This document shows positions 40,481 through 54,560 of a stretch of DNA of 64,000 nucleotides, one piece after another. The notes under the pieces are model-generated. The model saw only the letters and a list, made by a program, of their open reading frames with translations, was not told the DNA's origin and made no database searches. The translations under genes were made by a program, and so were the position numbers. Positions within the stretch are counted from its first letter, which is position 1. Each line of letters begins with the position of its first letter. Source of the stretch: Eledone cirrhosa (lineage: Eukaryota); NCBI GenBank assembly GCA_964016885.1, contig OZ024745.1, positions 127,348,001-127,412,000 on the forward strand. Direction: 5' to 3'.

Positions 40481-40579
40481 GGGAGATTTGGCTGCTATTT
40501 TTAGTAGATGGAACGACTACTTAGAATGGTAGAAACACATGCGGAACTTCATGAATTTAAACACAGGCATACTCTACTA

Positions 40580-40631
<52 letters not shown>

Positions 40632-40651
40632 TGTGTGTGTGTGTATATATA

Positions 40652-40684
<33 letters not shown>

Positions 40685-40689
40685 CACCT

Positions 40690-40940
40690 TGACCACCTTG
40701 ACCGACCAGTCTGTTGGGCGCTAATCGGCGCCGCTGGTCACAGAACGTTGTGTTGTTTTAGCCATAAGATAACGCCATCCCATTGACTGGGCGGGCAGGT
40801 CGGTACTCATTTCTACAGCTGAGTAAACGTGAAATAAAGTATCTTGCTCAAGGAAACAACACATCACCCGGTCCGAGAATTGAACTCACAACCTACCTTT
40901 CGATTGCAAGCCCAATGCTCTAACCACTAAGCCATGCGCC

Positions 40941-40945
<5 letters not shown>
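40690..40945 (-). mobile_element. tRNA-derived SINE (family B head)
   Basis: Reverse complement of gtgaaggcgcatggcttagtggttag...gagttcaattc...ttgagcaagatactttatttcacg. Confidence 0.8.
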
Positions 40946-40981
<36 letters not shown>

Positions 40982-41139
40982 GTGTGTGTGTTTATGTGTG
41001 TGGTGTGTGGGGTGTGTGTGTGTGTGTTTGTGCACTACATTCCCGCTCTGCATTTCCTGTGTTTTCCTCGTAAATAGTGAATTACATAGCCCCCCCCCCC
41101 TCTTCTACCCAAGAGCCAATATGACACACCCATCTCTTT

Positions 41140-41345
41140 TACTTTCGTCATCTATAATATTTCTCAGCCACCATGATCATTCTTTCCTCTTGAGAACGTC
41201 CGTCTTCTGGAATTTCCTTCCCACCCACATTTCTCGAATAGACGCCGGCCTGCAGATGTTCAAACCAAACATCAACCATATCAATCTCAGTAGTCTCAGA
41301 AAGAAGGCTTGCGAAGGTCATGGGCAGTGACCCGGCCCCTTAAGA
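41140..41345 (+). mobile_element. CR1/L2-group LINE 3' fragment
   Basis: HSFLLRTSVFWNFLPTHI...LQMFKPNIN resembles the SFFxRTxxxWNxLP...LxxFK C-terminal motif. Confidence 0.55.
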
Positions 41346-41403
41346 AAAACTTTAATACACACACACACACACACAAACATGCACACGCACACACACACAC
41401 ACA

Positions 41404-41503
<100 letters not shown>

Positions 41504-41509
41504 GATAAA

Positions 41510-41583
<74 letters not shown>

Positions 41584-41594
41584 AAATATATATA

Positions 41595-41718
41595 TAAATA
41601 TAGTTTCCATTTATTTAATATCAATGTATATTATATTCCAGAAAAACTGTTGAGTGCTCTGAATCAGTTATGAACATTTATATTTGTTGAATTACCAACA
41701 AATTGAATATCCCTTCTG

Positions 41719-41720
<2 letters not shown>
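41595..41720 (+). repeat. diverged relative of the 3' part of 19005-20445
   Basis: ataaatatagtttccatttatt...tgagtgctct..atcagttat..atttgttg..ccaacaaatt matches 20324-20445 and lies between (TA)n tracts. Confidence 0.7.
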
Positions 41721-41769
<49 letters not shown>

Positions 41770-41818
41770 AAATAATTAAGTCAAATATTTAAAATTTATC
41801 TTCGTTTATTAAAGGTGT

Positions 41819-41873
41819 ACTGCTATATATATTTCGGTGACAACCATCCTTGGCTGTGACCTCTTCAGGCAGT
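41819..41873 (-). ncRNA. type-I hammerhead ribozyme
   Basis: ACTGC CTGAAGA GGT c ACAGCCA agga TGGTTGT c ACC GAAA T ATAT ATA^ GCAGT. All three stems pair. Confidence 0.85.
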
Positions 41874-42254
41874 CTGAATTGGTGTGGGAAAGAGAGGTAC
41901 ACATGTTGAGGTGTTTAACTCCGTCAATACTCCGATATGCCCAGTTCCTGGTTGGGTTGTTATTTCTCCGAGGAAATGGAATCATTCCTCAGAGAAATAT
42001 CGTCGTATTCAAGTGAATTCTACTCCCAATACATTGATCAACACACGGTTGTGGAAATGACTCTGACCCCATGAAATGAGCAGCAACGGCGAACCTAGAA
42101 CCATATTTTGCGAATTGAACGTCATAAATACATAATTATGTCTGTAGGTTGAGGAAGATAAACAGAGGGAAGACAGGAACACCTACAAAGCGTGTTCCTG
42201 GTGTGGAGGGTTGTTCTATACACGGGGTGTAAAACAACCCTGCAGTAACGTTCC

Positions 42255-42402
42255 CCTCTATTGGGGATTTCAATTGTTATTCTATTATATATAGTTTATT
42301 GTTATTTATTAATGTTAAAGTTATATGATTTTTATGTAAAACCCCCGCCGTCACGTCTTGTAATGTCCCATTTTTGTACGCCCCTGTGGCAAATAAAGAA
42401 AG
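42255..42402 (+). mobile_element. 3' end of a Tx1/L1-like LINE next to (TC)n/(TCTA)n
   Basis: gtcccatttttgtacgcccctgtggcaaataaagaaa, the same terminus as the 56510 and 57342 copies. Confidence 0.55.
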
Positions 42403-42445
42403 ATATCTGTCTACTTGTCTATCTATCTGTCTGCCTGTCTATGCA

Positions 42446-42518
<73 letters not shown>

Positions 42519-43330
42519 CTATCTATCTGCCTATCTATCTGTCTGTATGTCTGTTTATCTGTCTGTCTGTCTATCTCCATCCATCCATCTGTCTACATGT
42601 CTACCTACATATCTATCTATCTGTCCGTGTGTCTCTATGTCTGTCTGCCTGTCTATCTATTCTATATTGTCTCATTTAACCTCACTGTTCAACTTAACTC
42701 AAGCAATATATAATTCATTAGGTTTATGCATCTAAAAAAACAGTAGTCCACCCAGCGGATAGATTTATTATTTATGCCCTTCCTACCATGAAATTAGAAA
42801 GAAGAATCATGTCTTAGGGACGCCAAAGCTTTGGATTATATTTACGCTTCTATTATATTCTCTTCTATCTCGAAGTCCAAATGTTACCGTGGTCGACTTT
42901 ATTTATCGCACTATAAGGGTGGATAAAATAAAGTACTAATCAAGTAGTAGGGTCTACACAATTAGCTACAGCTCTCTTCTTAGATCCATGGCCATGTGGC
43001 TCTCTTACAGCTCGTTAATGTTCAGTCTATTTCAAATTTACCGAGAAAAGTCACAGATGGAATAAAATGGCAAACCATGAAATTGCTGAATCATTGTCGT
43101 TGGAATACATAAATATGCACTGCTATAAAACAAATATATGGCACCTAGTTAAATATGCACCGATGTTGTGGAATTTTGATGGGACGGTAATGCTAACAAT
43201 TAAACATCTACGCTACAATTTCTCCCATATGTGATGTGTAAATATTTCTATAGAAATGATCAGAAAATTGTGTCTTCAATTAGAGAAAACCCACATTAAA
43301 GAAAAACCACAACTTGATAAATGGTAATTG

Positions 43331-43429
43331 GAAGTTTTGCTACTTTCTAAGCATGTTAGTATTATTGTGTTAGCTATAATATATAGTTAAAACAATTATA
43401 CTAACATGCTTAGAAAGTAGTAAAACTTC
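43331..43429. repeat. about 100-bp hairpin or MITE remnant
   Basis: gaagttttgctactttctaagcatgttagtat and atactaacatgcttagaaagtagtaaaacttc are inverted repeats. Confidence 0.8.
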
Positions 43430-43748
43430 AAAAATAAAGTTTTGCAAATTTTATCAGTAGATAGGAAAATGGTAGAACAAATAACCTTTTGTAATAAATT
43501 GGTGCTCTACTTTTCCAAGAGGTTGAATCTGCCATTTTCTTTTACTCCAAACCAAATCAATAAAATAATAACCGGAAATACATTTATGCCACTCTAGCTA
43601 TTTTCCCTACTAAAATGGGAGCAAATATTAACATAGGCAGCCGCCATTTAAAAAAATGCTCATACCCGATATAGTCAATGAAACTGAAATAGAAACGTGT
43701 TGTGACAAGTTGAAGAAATTCAAATCCATTTAGATTCGTTTTGTATTG

Positions 43749-44077
43749 ACTCACGGGTCTCAAATAATGCCCCTCCCCCACACCCGATTTTCTCAGCCCC
43801 TCCCGCTCTTATTCCAATCCCCGCTTATTAAATTTTGCTAATCTATCTCAGATGATTTTTTTTCTTTAGACATTAAAAATCATTATACATGACAAAAAAG
43901 TACATTACAAGAAATCCCACATGTTATAAAATAGGTTGGGTTGGGGTTTCAATATGTAAACTAAATGACTAATTCTGGTCTTTTTTTTTTAAAAATCAAC
44001 GGAGAAAACCTAGAACAATTACCGATTTTCCAACCCCCCCGCTTATTCCACCCCCTATTGTTTGGGAACCGAGAGTA
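43749..44077. mobile_element. MITE family 1
   Basis: actcacgggtctcaaataat ... attgtttgggaaccgagagta. Confidence 0.75.
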
Positions 44078-44119
44078 CTTAAAATAATCTTCTGATTATT
44101 ATTCGCTATTATTTTTCCA

Positions 44120-44480
44120 TTATCGATAGAGCGTCAGACACCATGCTTTCCAGCACAGAGTTATGGCCCTTTACGTTCTGAGTTCCAATACCGCCTAAGT
44201 TAACTTTGCCTTTCATCCTTACTGGATCGATAAAATAAAGTACCAGTAATGCACTGGGCAATTGCTGGCCTTGTGTCAAAAGTAGAAACAATTATTTTTT
44301 CAGTCTCGGTAGAGCGTCAGATACCATGCTTTGCAGTATAGAGTTATGGCCCTTTACATTCTGAGTTCCAATCCCGCCGAGGTTAACTTTGCTTTTCATC
44401 CTTACGGGATCGATAAAATAAAGTACCAGTAATGTACTGGGTAATTGTTGTCCTTGTGCCCCAAAGTAAATACAATCATT
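44120..44480 (+). mobile_element. two tandem SINE family A copies
   Basis: Cores near 44200 and 44381. Confidence 0.85.
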
Positions 44481-44985
44481 TTTTTTCTTATTTATTTCAT
44501 ATTTTTTGTCTATTTTCTCCCCAAATCTTTTATAATTTCTTATTCTTCACTTCTGCCTAGTCTTCTATTGAAGAGATCTATAGGATTGAAGCATGCAAAT
44601 ATTGAAAGGTCGAGACAGGTATGACAAAGATAGGTAAGGTGTCTTAGCTAGGCAAGCGAGGTACAGAGATGATAGATAGATGTTGGTGGTCTTGTAGTTA
44701 TTGTATAATCCCAGTTCACCAACGATTAAAGCCATTCCAGTCGTCGCCTCCCTGTATACATTACCGATGTATGTCTCGTTATTTAAGAAGGAAAGATTTT
44801 CTATGAAGTAGTTTTGGCTGCTGTTTCTAGCAGGTCGCGCGAATATGTGGAGGCTCCTTCGTTGAATCGAGACAGAGAAATAGATAGATGTAGTGACATG
44901 TAGACTAAAATAAAGAGAACATTAAATAAAATAGATGGTTTGATAGATAAATAGATATGAAAAGATAAACAAAGGGTCATATGCA

Positions 44986-45026
<41 letters not shown>

Positions 45027-45066
45027 ACATATATATGTGTGTATATATATATATGTGTGTATGTGC

Positions 45067-45115
<49 letters not shown>

Positions 45116-45150
45116 CATATATGTGTGTGTGCGTGTGTGTGTGTGTGTGC

Positions 45151-45200
<50 letters not shown>

Positions 45201-45502
45201 ATATATATATATGTATGTATATATATATATATATATGTATATGTGTATATATATGTATATATGCATATATATGTATATATATATATGTATATATGTATAT
45301 ATAGATATGTATATATATATATATTGTATATAGATATGTATGTATATATATATATATATATATTGTATATATATGTATGCGTGCATATATATATGTGTGT
45401 GTGTTTGTGTCTATATGTATATATGTATATAGATATGTATGTATATATATATATATATTGTATATATATGTATGCGTGTATATATATATATGTGTGTGTT
45501 TG

Positions 45503-45573
<71 letters not shown>

Positions 45574-45987
45574 CAAACACATATATATATATATTGTATA
45601 CATATATACATAAAGAGAGAGAGAAAGGATGAGAAAGAGAGAGATAGAGAGAGAGGGAGGCTAAAACATTCTTACCAATATAATATGAAGTGCCAATAAA
45701 TACCATAAACATTAAACGGGCTAAACCAAATGAGGCGTATACGTACGCTGTTTAACGCTCGAACAAGAAAGTGAAGATGTAGCTTTAAGACATATGGGAA
45801 AGGGCTCACTGCTCAGTTTCAAGGGAACTTCAACTTAACTGACTTTTTATTGACCTACCCTACTCCTTTACACAGTGCAATGGGGCATTTGTAACTTTTT
45901 CTTTCATCAACGACCTCCTTCAAATACAGAGCGACATAAAAGAAGAGATTTGAGTATATATGCATTACAAAAAGATAATACCTGTTG

Positions 45988-46057
<70 letters not shown>

Positions 46058-46115
46058 AAAATATATATATATAATATATATATATATATTATATATATAT
46101 ATATATATAATATAT

Positions 46116-46194
<79 letters not shown>

Positions 46195-46222
46195 TATATA
46201 TATAATATATATATATATATAT

Positions 46223-46693
46223 AAATATTATTATACTTGGGGATGGTCATATTTGTGTAATAATATTGACAGAATTAATAACAGAACACACTCACTGTTT
46301 GGTTGGTTTTCGCTTCTGTGTCTTTTATATCGGTTAATTTAATTTATTCGGTCCTCAATGTTACCATTGACTGACCAACGGTCAAAAATACAGATACAAT
46401 ATAGACACAAACACATATATATAGTCTAACAAAGTTCTTTCGTCTTTAGATACAAACACATATATATAGTCTAACAAAGAACTTTGTTAGACTATATATA
46501 TGTGTTTGTGTCTATATTGTATCTGTATTTTTGACCGTTGGTCAGTCAATGGTAACATTGAGGACCGAATAAATTAAATTAACCGATATAAAAGACACAG
46601 AAGCGAAAACCAACCAAAGAGTGAGTGTGTTCTGTTATTAATTCTGTCAATATTATTACACAAATATGACCATCCCCAAGTATAATAATATTT
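46223..46693. repeat. about 218-bp-arm palindrome within (TA)n
   Basis: Arms 46223-46440 and 46476-46693. The spacer re-copies acaaacacatatatatagtctaacaaag. Confidence 0.9.
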
Positions 46694-46910
46694 GTTTCGA
46701 CACACGATTTCATATAAAAAACCTCGCAAAACTATATATAAATATATATATAAAATATATATATATATATATATATATAATGTAGGAGGTGAGTTTTATT
46801 GTAGTACAATAAAGCAATGCAGATATTGGATGGATAAGAAGCACTCTACAGTTTGTAGGACTGGAGTATACATAATATAAGATCAAAAGATGGTTAAAGG
46901 AGTTCCATGT

Positions 46911-46978
46911 ATTTTATTATGCGCATTTCAAAAACAAACATCATCATGCAATAATATTTGTGTTTTCATCAGATAAAA
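46911..46978 (-). ncRNA. type-I hammerhead ribozyme (mirror of 47100-47168)
   Basis: Reverse-complement copy in the left arm. Confidence 0.8.
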
Positions 46979-47099
46979 CAGGAGAACATGATATGAAGGC
47001 TAAAAAACACTTGTGGATAGTGCAGTTTTAAATCAACATATGTTGATTTAAAACTGCACTATCCACAAGTGTTTTTTAGCCTTCATATCATGTTCTCCT

Positions 47100-47168
47100 A
47101 TTTTATCTGATGAAAACACAAATATTATTGCATGATGATGTTTGTTTTTGAAATGCGCATAATAAAAT
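47100..47168 (+). ncRNA. type-I hammerhead ribozyme
   Basis: ATTTTAT CTGATGA AAA c ACAAATATTATT gcat GATGATGTTTGT t TTT GAAA T GCGC ATA^ ATAAAAT, with a predicted cut after A47161. Confidence 0.85.
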
Positions 47169-47199
47169 ATATGGAACTCCTTTAACCATCTTTTGATCT

Positions 47200-47231
<32 letters not shown>

Positions 47232-47238
47232 CTATATC

Positions 47239-47456
<218 letters not shown>

Positions 47457-47847
47457 TCTAGTTGTCGAATACCTATTCACGCCACTGAAACGAAGCCGCT
47501 GTGATGTGTAATATCAACACGTGGTAGCGGCCAGTTTAAGATTTTGACTCGAAGTGTAAACATGGATCGCTTGATATTGTTCTTCCTTGTTGATAATCCA
47601 ATAATATCCACTTTCCGTGACTTACCATCTGATTAATTGGTGAAATATATTTCTTTAATGAAATATATACAGGGAAGATTAATCATTAAAAGGTATATAT
47701 TTTTGAAGTTCTAGTTAACTTTATTTATTTGTTACCTACTAGCCATGCGTGGTTACACGCTTGTAAAAATTATCTCCTGTGATTTTTCATGTTTATATTT
47801 ATTTATATATATGTTGATCAATTCCTAGTTATTATTATTATATATAT

Positions 47848-47928
<81 letters not shown>

Positions 47929-48564
47929 TTATATGTACATATACATATATATATATGTATGTATATATATTGGTCGTTTTGGAAGCCTCAACAATGCAGA
48001 TGGGTAAATCTCCGGGCAACAGAATCCAGTGGTGAAGAGAGAGATGGAAGAGGAAATGTAGAATGAGACGTATAGTGTGTAGAGGAATGTAGGAAAGAGT
48101 GTAAAAATAATAACACGAGATAGAGTTACCTTGGAAGTGATTTAATTGCCCCTATATTTCGGATTTCGCATCCATCAACTGAGTTTTTTCTCGGGGGGGG
48201 GGGAGTTTTTAGTCGGAGAGGAACGGTACGTGTCCTCTGTTGTTTGCCGTTTGTTATATATTAATATATATATATGTGTGTGTGTCTGTGTATGTGTGTA
48301 TAAATACATATATGTAATTAAGCATATATAGGTAATATATACATACATATACGCATGTATGTATATATTACCTTTGCCTATACATACCGGTGCCCATACA
48401 TATATGGGCACTAGTATACATCTATTGTTAAAAAGCTCACTTCACTACTTCACTATCAAGTTGAATGCCATCTTGGGGAAATAACTTCACCGGTAATATT
48501 GAGCTGTCCAATGCCTTGTAAAGGAAAGTGGAAACACTGTTATATGTATATCTATGTTTGTGTA

Positions 48565-48790
48565 TGGGCTGCGTGTTGTGTTCTTGAACAAAACGCTTCA
48601 TTTCATGTTGCTCCAGTATACTCAGCTGAAAATGAGTACCAGCAGCAATAGCCGGGGGATTAACCCTCCGATAGACTGGTGTCCTATCCAGGGGGACTCT
48701 TGTACTCTCAGTCGCTTCACGCCACGAAACCGGGATAAGCACCGGCCAAATAAGTTTTCTGGCTTAAGACAGACTTTAGACTTTAGATCG
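48565..48790 (+). mobile_element. SINE, 5'-truncated (family of 18590-18880)
   Basis: gttgtgttcttgaacaaaacgcttcatttcatgttgctccagtatactcagctg ... ctctcagtcgcttcacgccac ... (ctttaga). Confidence 0.8.
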
Positions 48791-49210
48791 ATGTAAAGCG
48801 GTTTGTCCAGCTGCATCTATTTATGCTAACAGATAACTTAGCCATTAAATAGATAAAATAAAATATCGGGTTTGATATAATCGACTGGATCCCTTGATTG
48901 TGGTATCACAGGATAGCCGCAGTCCAATGGCTGAAACTACTAAAAGAATGGAAGAATATATTTCAATATTATTGAAAGAAGCATGAATTAGTTCCCGAGA
49001 TATATGGTTGTTTGCAGCCATAATTAAATCGCCAGTCCGTTTCTTTTTCAAAAACACGGCGTGAGGTGGACGTCTTCCATGGCGAACTAACAACTAACAA
49101 CTCAATATAGTGTTAAAGTAGGTTTAATTTCACGCACACACATACACACATACACACATACTTACACTCATATATATATATGAGAAACCTACATTAAGTT
49201 TCTCTCTCTC

Positions 49211-49311
<101 letters not shown>

Positions 49312-49321
49312 ATATATACAT

Positions 49322-49401
<80 letters not shown>

Positions 49402-49470
49402 TTGTGTATGTGTATGTATATATACACGCATATATCTATATCTCTCTCTATATATATATTTGTGTGTGTG

Positions 49471-49518
<48 letters not shown>

Positions 49519-49561
49519 CACACACACAAATATATATATATATGTATACACACACGCACAC

Positions 49562-49621
<60 letters not shown>

Positions 49622-50495
49622 TTCATATAGGTTTCTGATACACCTGCTTAGGTGCACGTATTCTCGACGCAAACGTGTTTTTCATTCGTTTTTTCTCCAT
49701 TAATATTTGGTGTTCTGATCTCAATCTAAAACACGTACCAACATTTTATCTAAGTGCTCAATTAAGGAATTAAATACTCGCTTCGCCGAGTCAGTGTAAC
49801 GAACACAAGTTCCATTACTTAGTAATATCTGTATAGAAGAGTTAATTATTTAAGAGGATTTCTTCTCCCCAATGTCTTTCAACATCATTGAACAAGGACA
49901 GATATATTGCATCACAGTACTACCGCTTTCCAACTGAAGAGTCAATGAGTTAATTAATTTGCTATATTAATGGCAACTGTGTCGCTGATCGTTCTTCATT
50001 GTTAGATGCTTGCAGTTCGCTGACTGAAAAGGGCACCTGTCTTATCTAAGTGCTTTCACCTCATGTGATTAACAACCCCAGCTCTACATTGCCGAAATTT
50101 CTTCACATGTCTGTTAAATTAATTCCTTTACAACTGTTACAGTTCTACCATGACTTCTAACCGCAAGAGCATCTGTATAGTTTAAGTGGATTCGTCTTGT
50201 GTGCGTGTGTGAGTATGTGTGTGTGTGTGTATGTATGTGTGCGTGTGTATGTTTTTTCTGTTTGCGCGTGTGTGGTGAAGTTGCATTGAACTTTTTATAT
50301 GGTTGATAAGTAAATTTGTTACACCGGTGATACAGTGATTTCGTTTTAAATCATCTCAATTGACTAACTTCTTGGCATTTATAGCGCACATCACTCAAGG
50401 CAGAAAAGAATCTGTATCTTATAAGCATATCTTTTTTTTTTAGACTTATCAGTTACCAAATTTAAAGACTCGCTTAGAAAACCAAGGCAATGAAA

Positions 50496-50706
<211 letters not shown>

Positions 50707-50800
50707 CAGAAAGTCGTAGTGGCAGAGTCCCCAAACACTCCTTCCAGCGGGTCCTGTCAGAAGCAACCGTCTCCAACTGATCCGGCTGGATCTCCAAGCA
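50707..50800 (-). mobile_element. RTE LINE 3' fragment
   Basis: LEIQPDQLETVASDRTRWKECLGTLPLR, same family as 10606-10966. Confidence 0.75.
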
Positions 50801-50804
50801 TCGG

Positions 50805-51735
50805 ACAATGTTTTGTGGTATACAGTTACGGCCCTTTATGTTCTGAGTTCAAATCCTGCAGAGGATAGCTTTGCCTTTCATTCTTACGGGGGTCGATAAA
50901 ATAAAGAACCAGTAACGTACTGGGGTCGATTTAATCAACTTTCCCTTCCTCTAAAATTGCTGGCCTTGTGCCTAAATCAGAAACCATTTATTAGTTGGAA
51001 AGCAGATATAAATCTTGCAGCAGACATATGTTACAGACGATTAGCCATATTCTTGGAAATAATTGTTTATACTTTTGGCACAAGGTCAGTAATTACTCAG
51101 TACATTACTGGTACTTTATTTTATCGACCCCGTAAGGATGAAAGGCAAAGTTAACATCGGCGGGATTTTAACTCAGAACGTAAAGGGCCGTAAGTCTATG
51201 CCTCAAAGCATGGTGCCTGACGCTCTACCGATTCTGCCAACCCACCGCCCTTGTAAATAATTGTTTCTACTTTAGGCACAAGGCCAGCAATTACCCAGTG
51301 CATTACTGGTACTTTATTTTATCGACCTCGTAAGGATGAAAGACAAAGTAAACCTCGGCGGGATTTGAACTCAGACCGTAAAGGGACGTAACTATGCTGG
51401 AAAGCATGGCGTCCGACTCTCTACTGATACTGCCAATCCACCGCCCTTGTAAATAATAATTGGTTGGTGGACACCAGCAAAAACAAAAACAAAAACAAAA
51501 ACAAAAACAAAAACAAAAACAAAAACAAAAACAAAAACAAAAACAAAAAAAATAATTGTTTCTACTTTTGGGACAAAGCCAGTAATTACCCCAGTGTATT
51601 ACTTGTACTTTATTTTATCGACCCCGTAAGGATGAAAGGCAAAATTAACCTCGGCGGGATTTGAATTCATAAGGTAAAGGGACGTAACTCTATGCTGTAA
51701 AGCATGGCGTCTGACTCTACCAATACTACCAAAAA
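50805..51735. mobile_element. cluster of four SINE family A copies (one +, three -) with (AAAAAC)n at 51478-51550
   Basis: Cores near 50870 (+), 51130, 51330 and 51625 (-). Confidence 0.85.
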
Positions 51736-52249
51736 TAATGCAAATGAACTTCTTCATTTAGTTAATATATAATTTTATTGTACTGACATCAATAATTATT
51801 CAGATTATAACCCATCGGAATTATGTGTAGAAATCATCTCATTTGATCCAACCACAAATCCGATTTCACTTATTGTAAGAAATTCATTTTTAAAGACTTT
51901 TTAAATGTTAATGGCTAGTGAGTGAAATGTATCTTAAAATGAAATTCTCCTATAACACTTAGTCGTTCATTGGTTTATCATTGAAGTGTTTATGATTTTG
52001 AAAGTAGATCAAAGAAGATAAGAGGCGTAAGCGATAATCCAATTTGCATTGTAGACTTGATTTTAACCAGATGTTTACCACATACGCTTCTACGATATTC
52101 CAAATATTGGTCCAAGCGATATTAGTTTTATTTTGTTCTTTTCATTGACAATACCTACAAACTATACATGCTACTTTATAACTATTTTGGTTAATTTACC
52201 TTGTTTTTACACACTTTTAAAAGTACATATTGCTTTTATCAATGCCTCT

Positions 52250-52446
52250 AAATAATAGTTTTTACTTTAGGCACAAGGCCAGCAATTTTCGGGGGAGTAC
52301 GTTACTGGTGCTTTATTTTATCAACCCCGTTAGGATGAAAGGCAAAGTTAACCTCGGCGGGATGTGAACTCAGATCATAAAGGGCCGTAACTCTATGTTA
52401 AAAAGCATGGCGTCCGACCCGCTTCTGATATTTCAAACCACCGCCC
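52250..52446 (-). mobile_element. SINE family A
   Basis: Consensus match. Confidence 0.85.
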
Positions 52447-53034
52447 TTAATGCCTCCAAATAATGAAGCTGCATGGCTTTCAGTGTTGGACCCATGATCG
52501 CACTATCATGTGTTCTCTTCTCGAACCGGGTGGTACGTCGTGCTTTTGAGAAAAAACACTTCATTTCAAGTTGTTCTACTCAACACAGCTGAAAATGAGG
52601 ACTAGTAGTAGTATGTCTCTTCTTATTTCTCAGTCACATATGGCCAATTTAACCTGGATAAGCACTGGCATTATGAGCTTGTAGGCTTTTGACAAGCTAT
52701 AACTGTAAAGCTACACATTCTCGGATAAAAAAAAACAGTCGAGAACTTTTTAACGTAAGTATCGCTTATATTTGGGAGCAGAAAAAAGATAACAGTACGA
52801 GATGACGAAGACGAATCAAGGGTCGCTCGGTGTGAAAGAAATAGTAGCCAAATCTCTCTCCAATAACACTATCTCTTAAAATGAAGGACACATAATATGA
52901 TATAGCTGTAGCTACACCACTGTTTGGATATAAGATGGATTGATGTGGATTAGAATGCTTTGGGGATATATAGATTTGTTCGATCAGGATTGATCCAAGG
53001 TTAAACAAAAGAAAATAGTAGAACTCCAGAACTA

Positions 53035-53273
53035 TTTACTCTAAAAGATATAGTTTTGTGCTTCTACTCAGTCCTGAGTTCAAAAACCTCGCAGTGGATG
53101 ATGCTGTCTTTTACTCTCGGGTTTCGAATAATCATCTCCACCTACACGCTTATTAATTTTTCAGATTTTTTCAGCCCACCCCACTCTTATTTCACACCCC
53201 TTGACGTCTATAGGCATTTTTATGGACCCTATTCGTGGCTTTTCAATAGGTAAACTAAACGATTAATTCTGGT
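53035..53273. mobile_element. MITE family 1, partial
   Basis: Matches 32290-32400 and 32585-32610. Confidence 0.65.
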
Positions 53274-53443
53274 TTAACCCTTTCTGTTCAAACCGACCGT
53301 AACTGGCCACTCATACTTATGTTAAGGTATTGTTCTCGAAATAGATAATATCAAAATCTCATAGATTCGATATTATGTGAGATAATTAAGTAAGGTGAAA
53401 ATACAATAAAAAATATAGAGTAACGTAAATGCTAAAGGGTTAA
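53274..53443. mobile_element. TTAA-flanked piggyBac-like MITE
   Basis: TTAA-CCCTTT ... AAAGGG-TTAA, interior matching 40300-40480. Confidence 0.7.
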
Positions 53444-53924
53444 AACAATGAAGAGAGACAACAGAAATGATGTAAACATCATTATCATCGTCGTCATCAT
53501 CCTTACCACTAGCACCAGCACCACCAGCACCACCAGTACCACCAGCACCACCAGCATCATCCCCACCACCGCCACCAGCAGCGGCAGCAGCAGCACCGCC
53601 ATCACCAGCAGTACCACCACCACCATCACCCCCACCAAATTTAAGGTGTGACCTTAAATATTTTCTAACCTTTGTATTGCCTCATATAATGGATCCTGAT
53701 TTAGGTACAAGGCTAAACATTTTTGGGGGAGAGGAGGAAGACGATTAAATTGACCCCAGTGCATCACTTGTGCTTTATTTTATCGCTAACGTAAGGATGA
53801 AAGACAAAGCTAACCGCGGGTTACCTCATTTGTTAATTTTAATTTAAATTTAATTTCTCATAAATAATTCCGATATTTTGTTCTTCATTTGTTTTCTCTT
53901 AACCTTTATTTCTTTTTTCTCCCA

Positions 53925-54560
53925 ATTTTTTTTTTTTCATTTTACTCTATTTTTTTTACATTTTATTCTATTATTTTTGCATTTTACTCTATTTTTTTAC
54001 ATTTTATTCTATTATTTTTGCATTTTACTCTATTTTTTTTACATTTTATTCTATTATTTTTGCATTTTACTCTATTTTTTTTACATTTTATTCTATTATT
54101 TTTGCATTTTACTCTATTTTTTTTTACATTTTATTCTATTATTTTTGCATTTTACTCTAATTTTTTACATTTTATTCTATTATTTTTGCATTTTACTCTA
54201 TTTTTTTACATTTTATTCTATTTTTTTTTGCATTTTACTCTATTTTTTTTTCATTTCATTCTATTTTTTTTGCATTTTACTCTATTTCTTTTTCATTTTA
54301 CTCTATTTCTCTTTGCATTTTACTCTATTTTTTTTGCATTTTATTCTATTTTTTTTTTCATTTTATTCTATCTTTTTTTGCATTTTACTCTTTTTTTTTT
54401 TCATTTTACTCTAGATTTTTTTTGCATTTTACTCTATTTTTTTTGCATTTTACTCTATTTTTTTTGCATTTTACTCTATCTTTTTTGCATTTTACTCTAT
54501 TTTTTTTCTCCATTTTATTTTATATTTTTTTTGCATTTTATTCTATTTTTTTTTTTGCAT
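53925..54560. repeat. T-rich about 19-21-bp minisatellite (tttgcattttactctattttt / tttacattttattctattatt)
   Basis: About 30 alternating units are visible. Confidence 0.9.

Larger units (their letters stand above)
46872..47207. repeat. 168-bp-arm palindrome with no spacer, carrying two hammerheads
   Basis: Centre caacat|atgttg at 47039/47040, with 2 mismatches seen between the arms. Confidence 0.92.
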
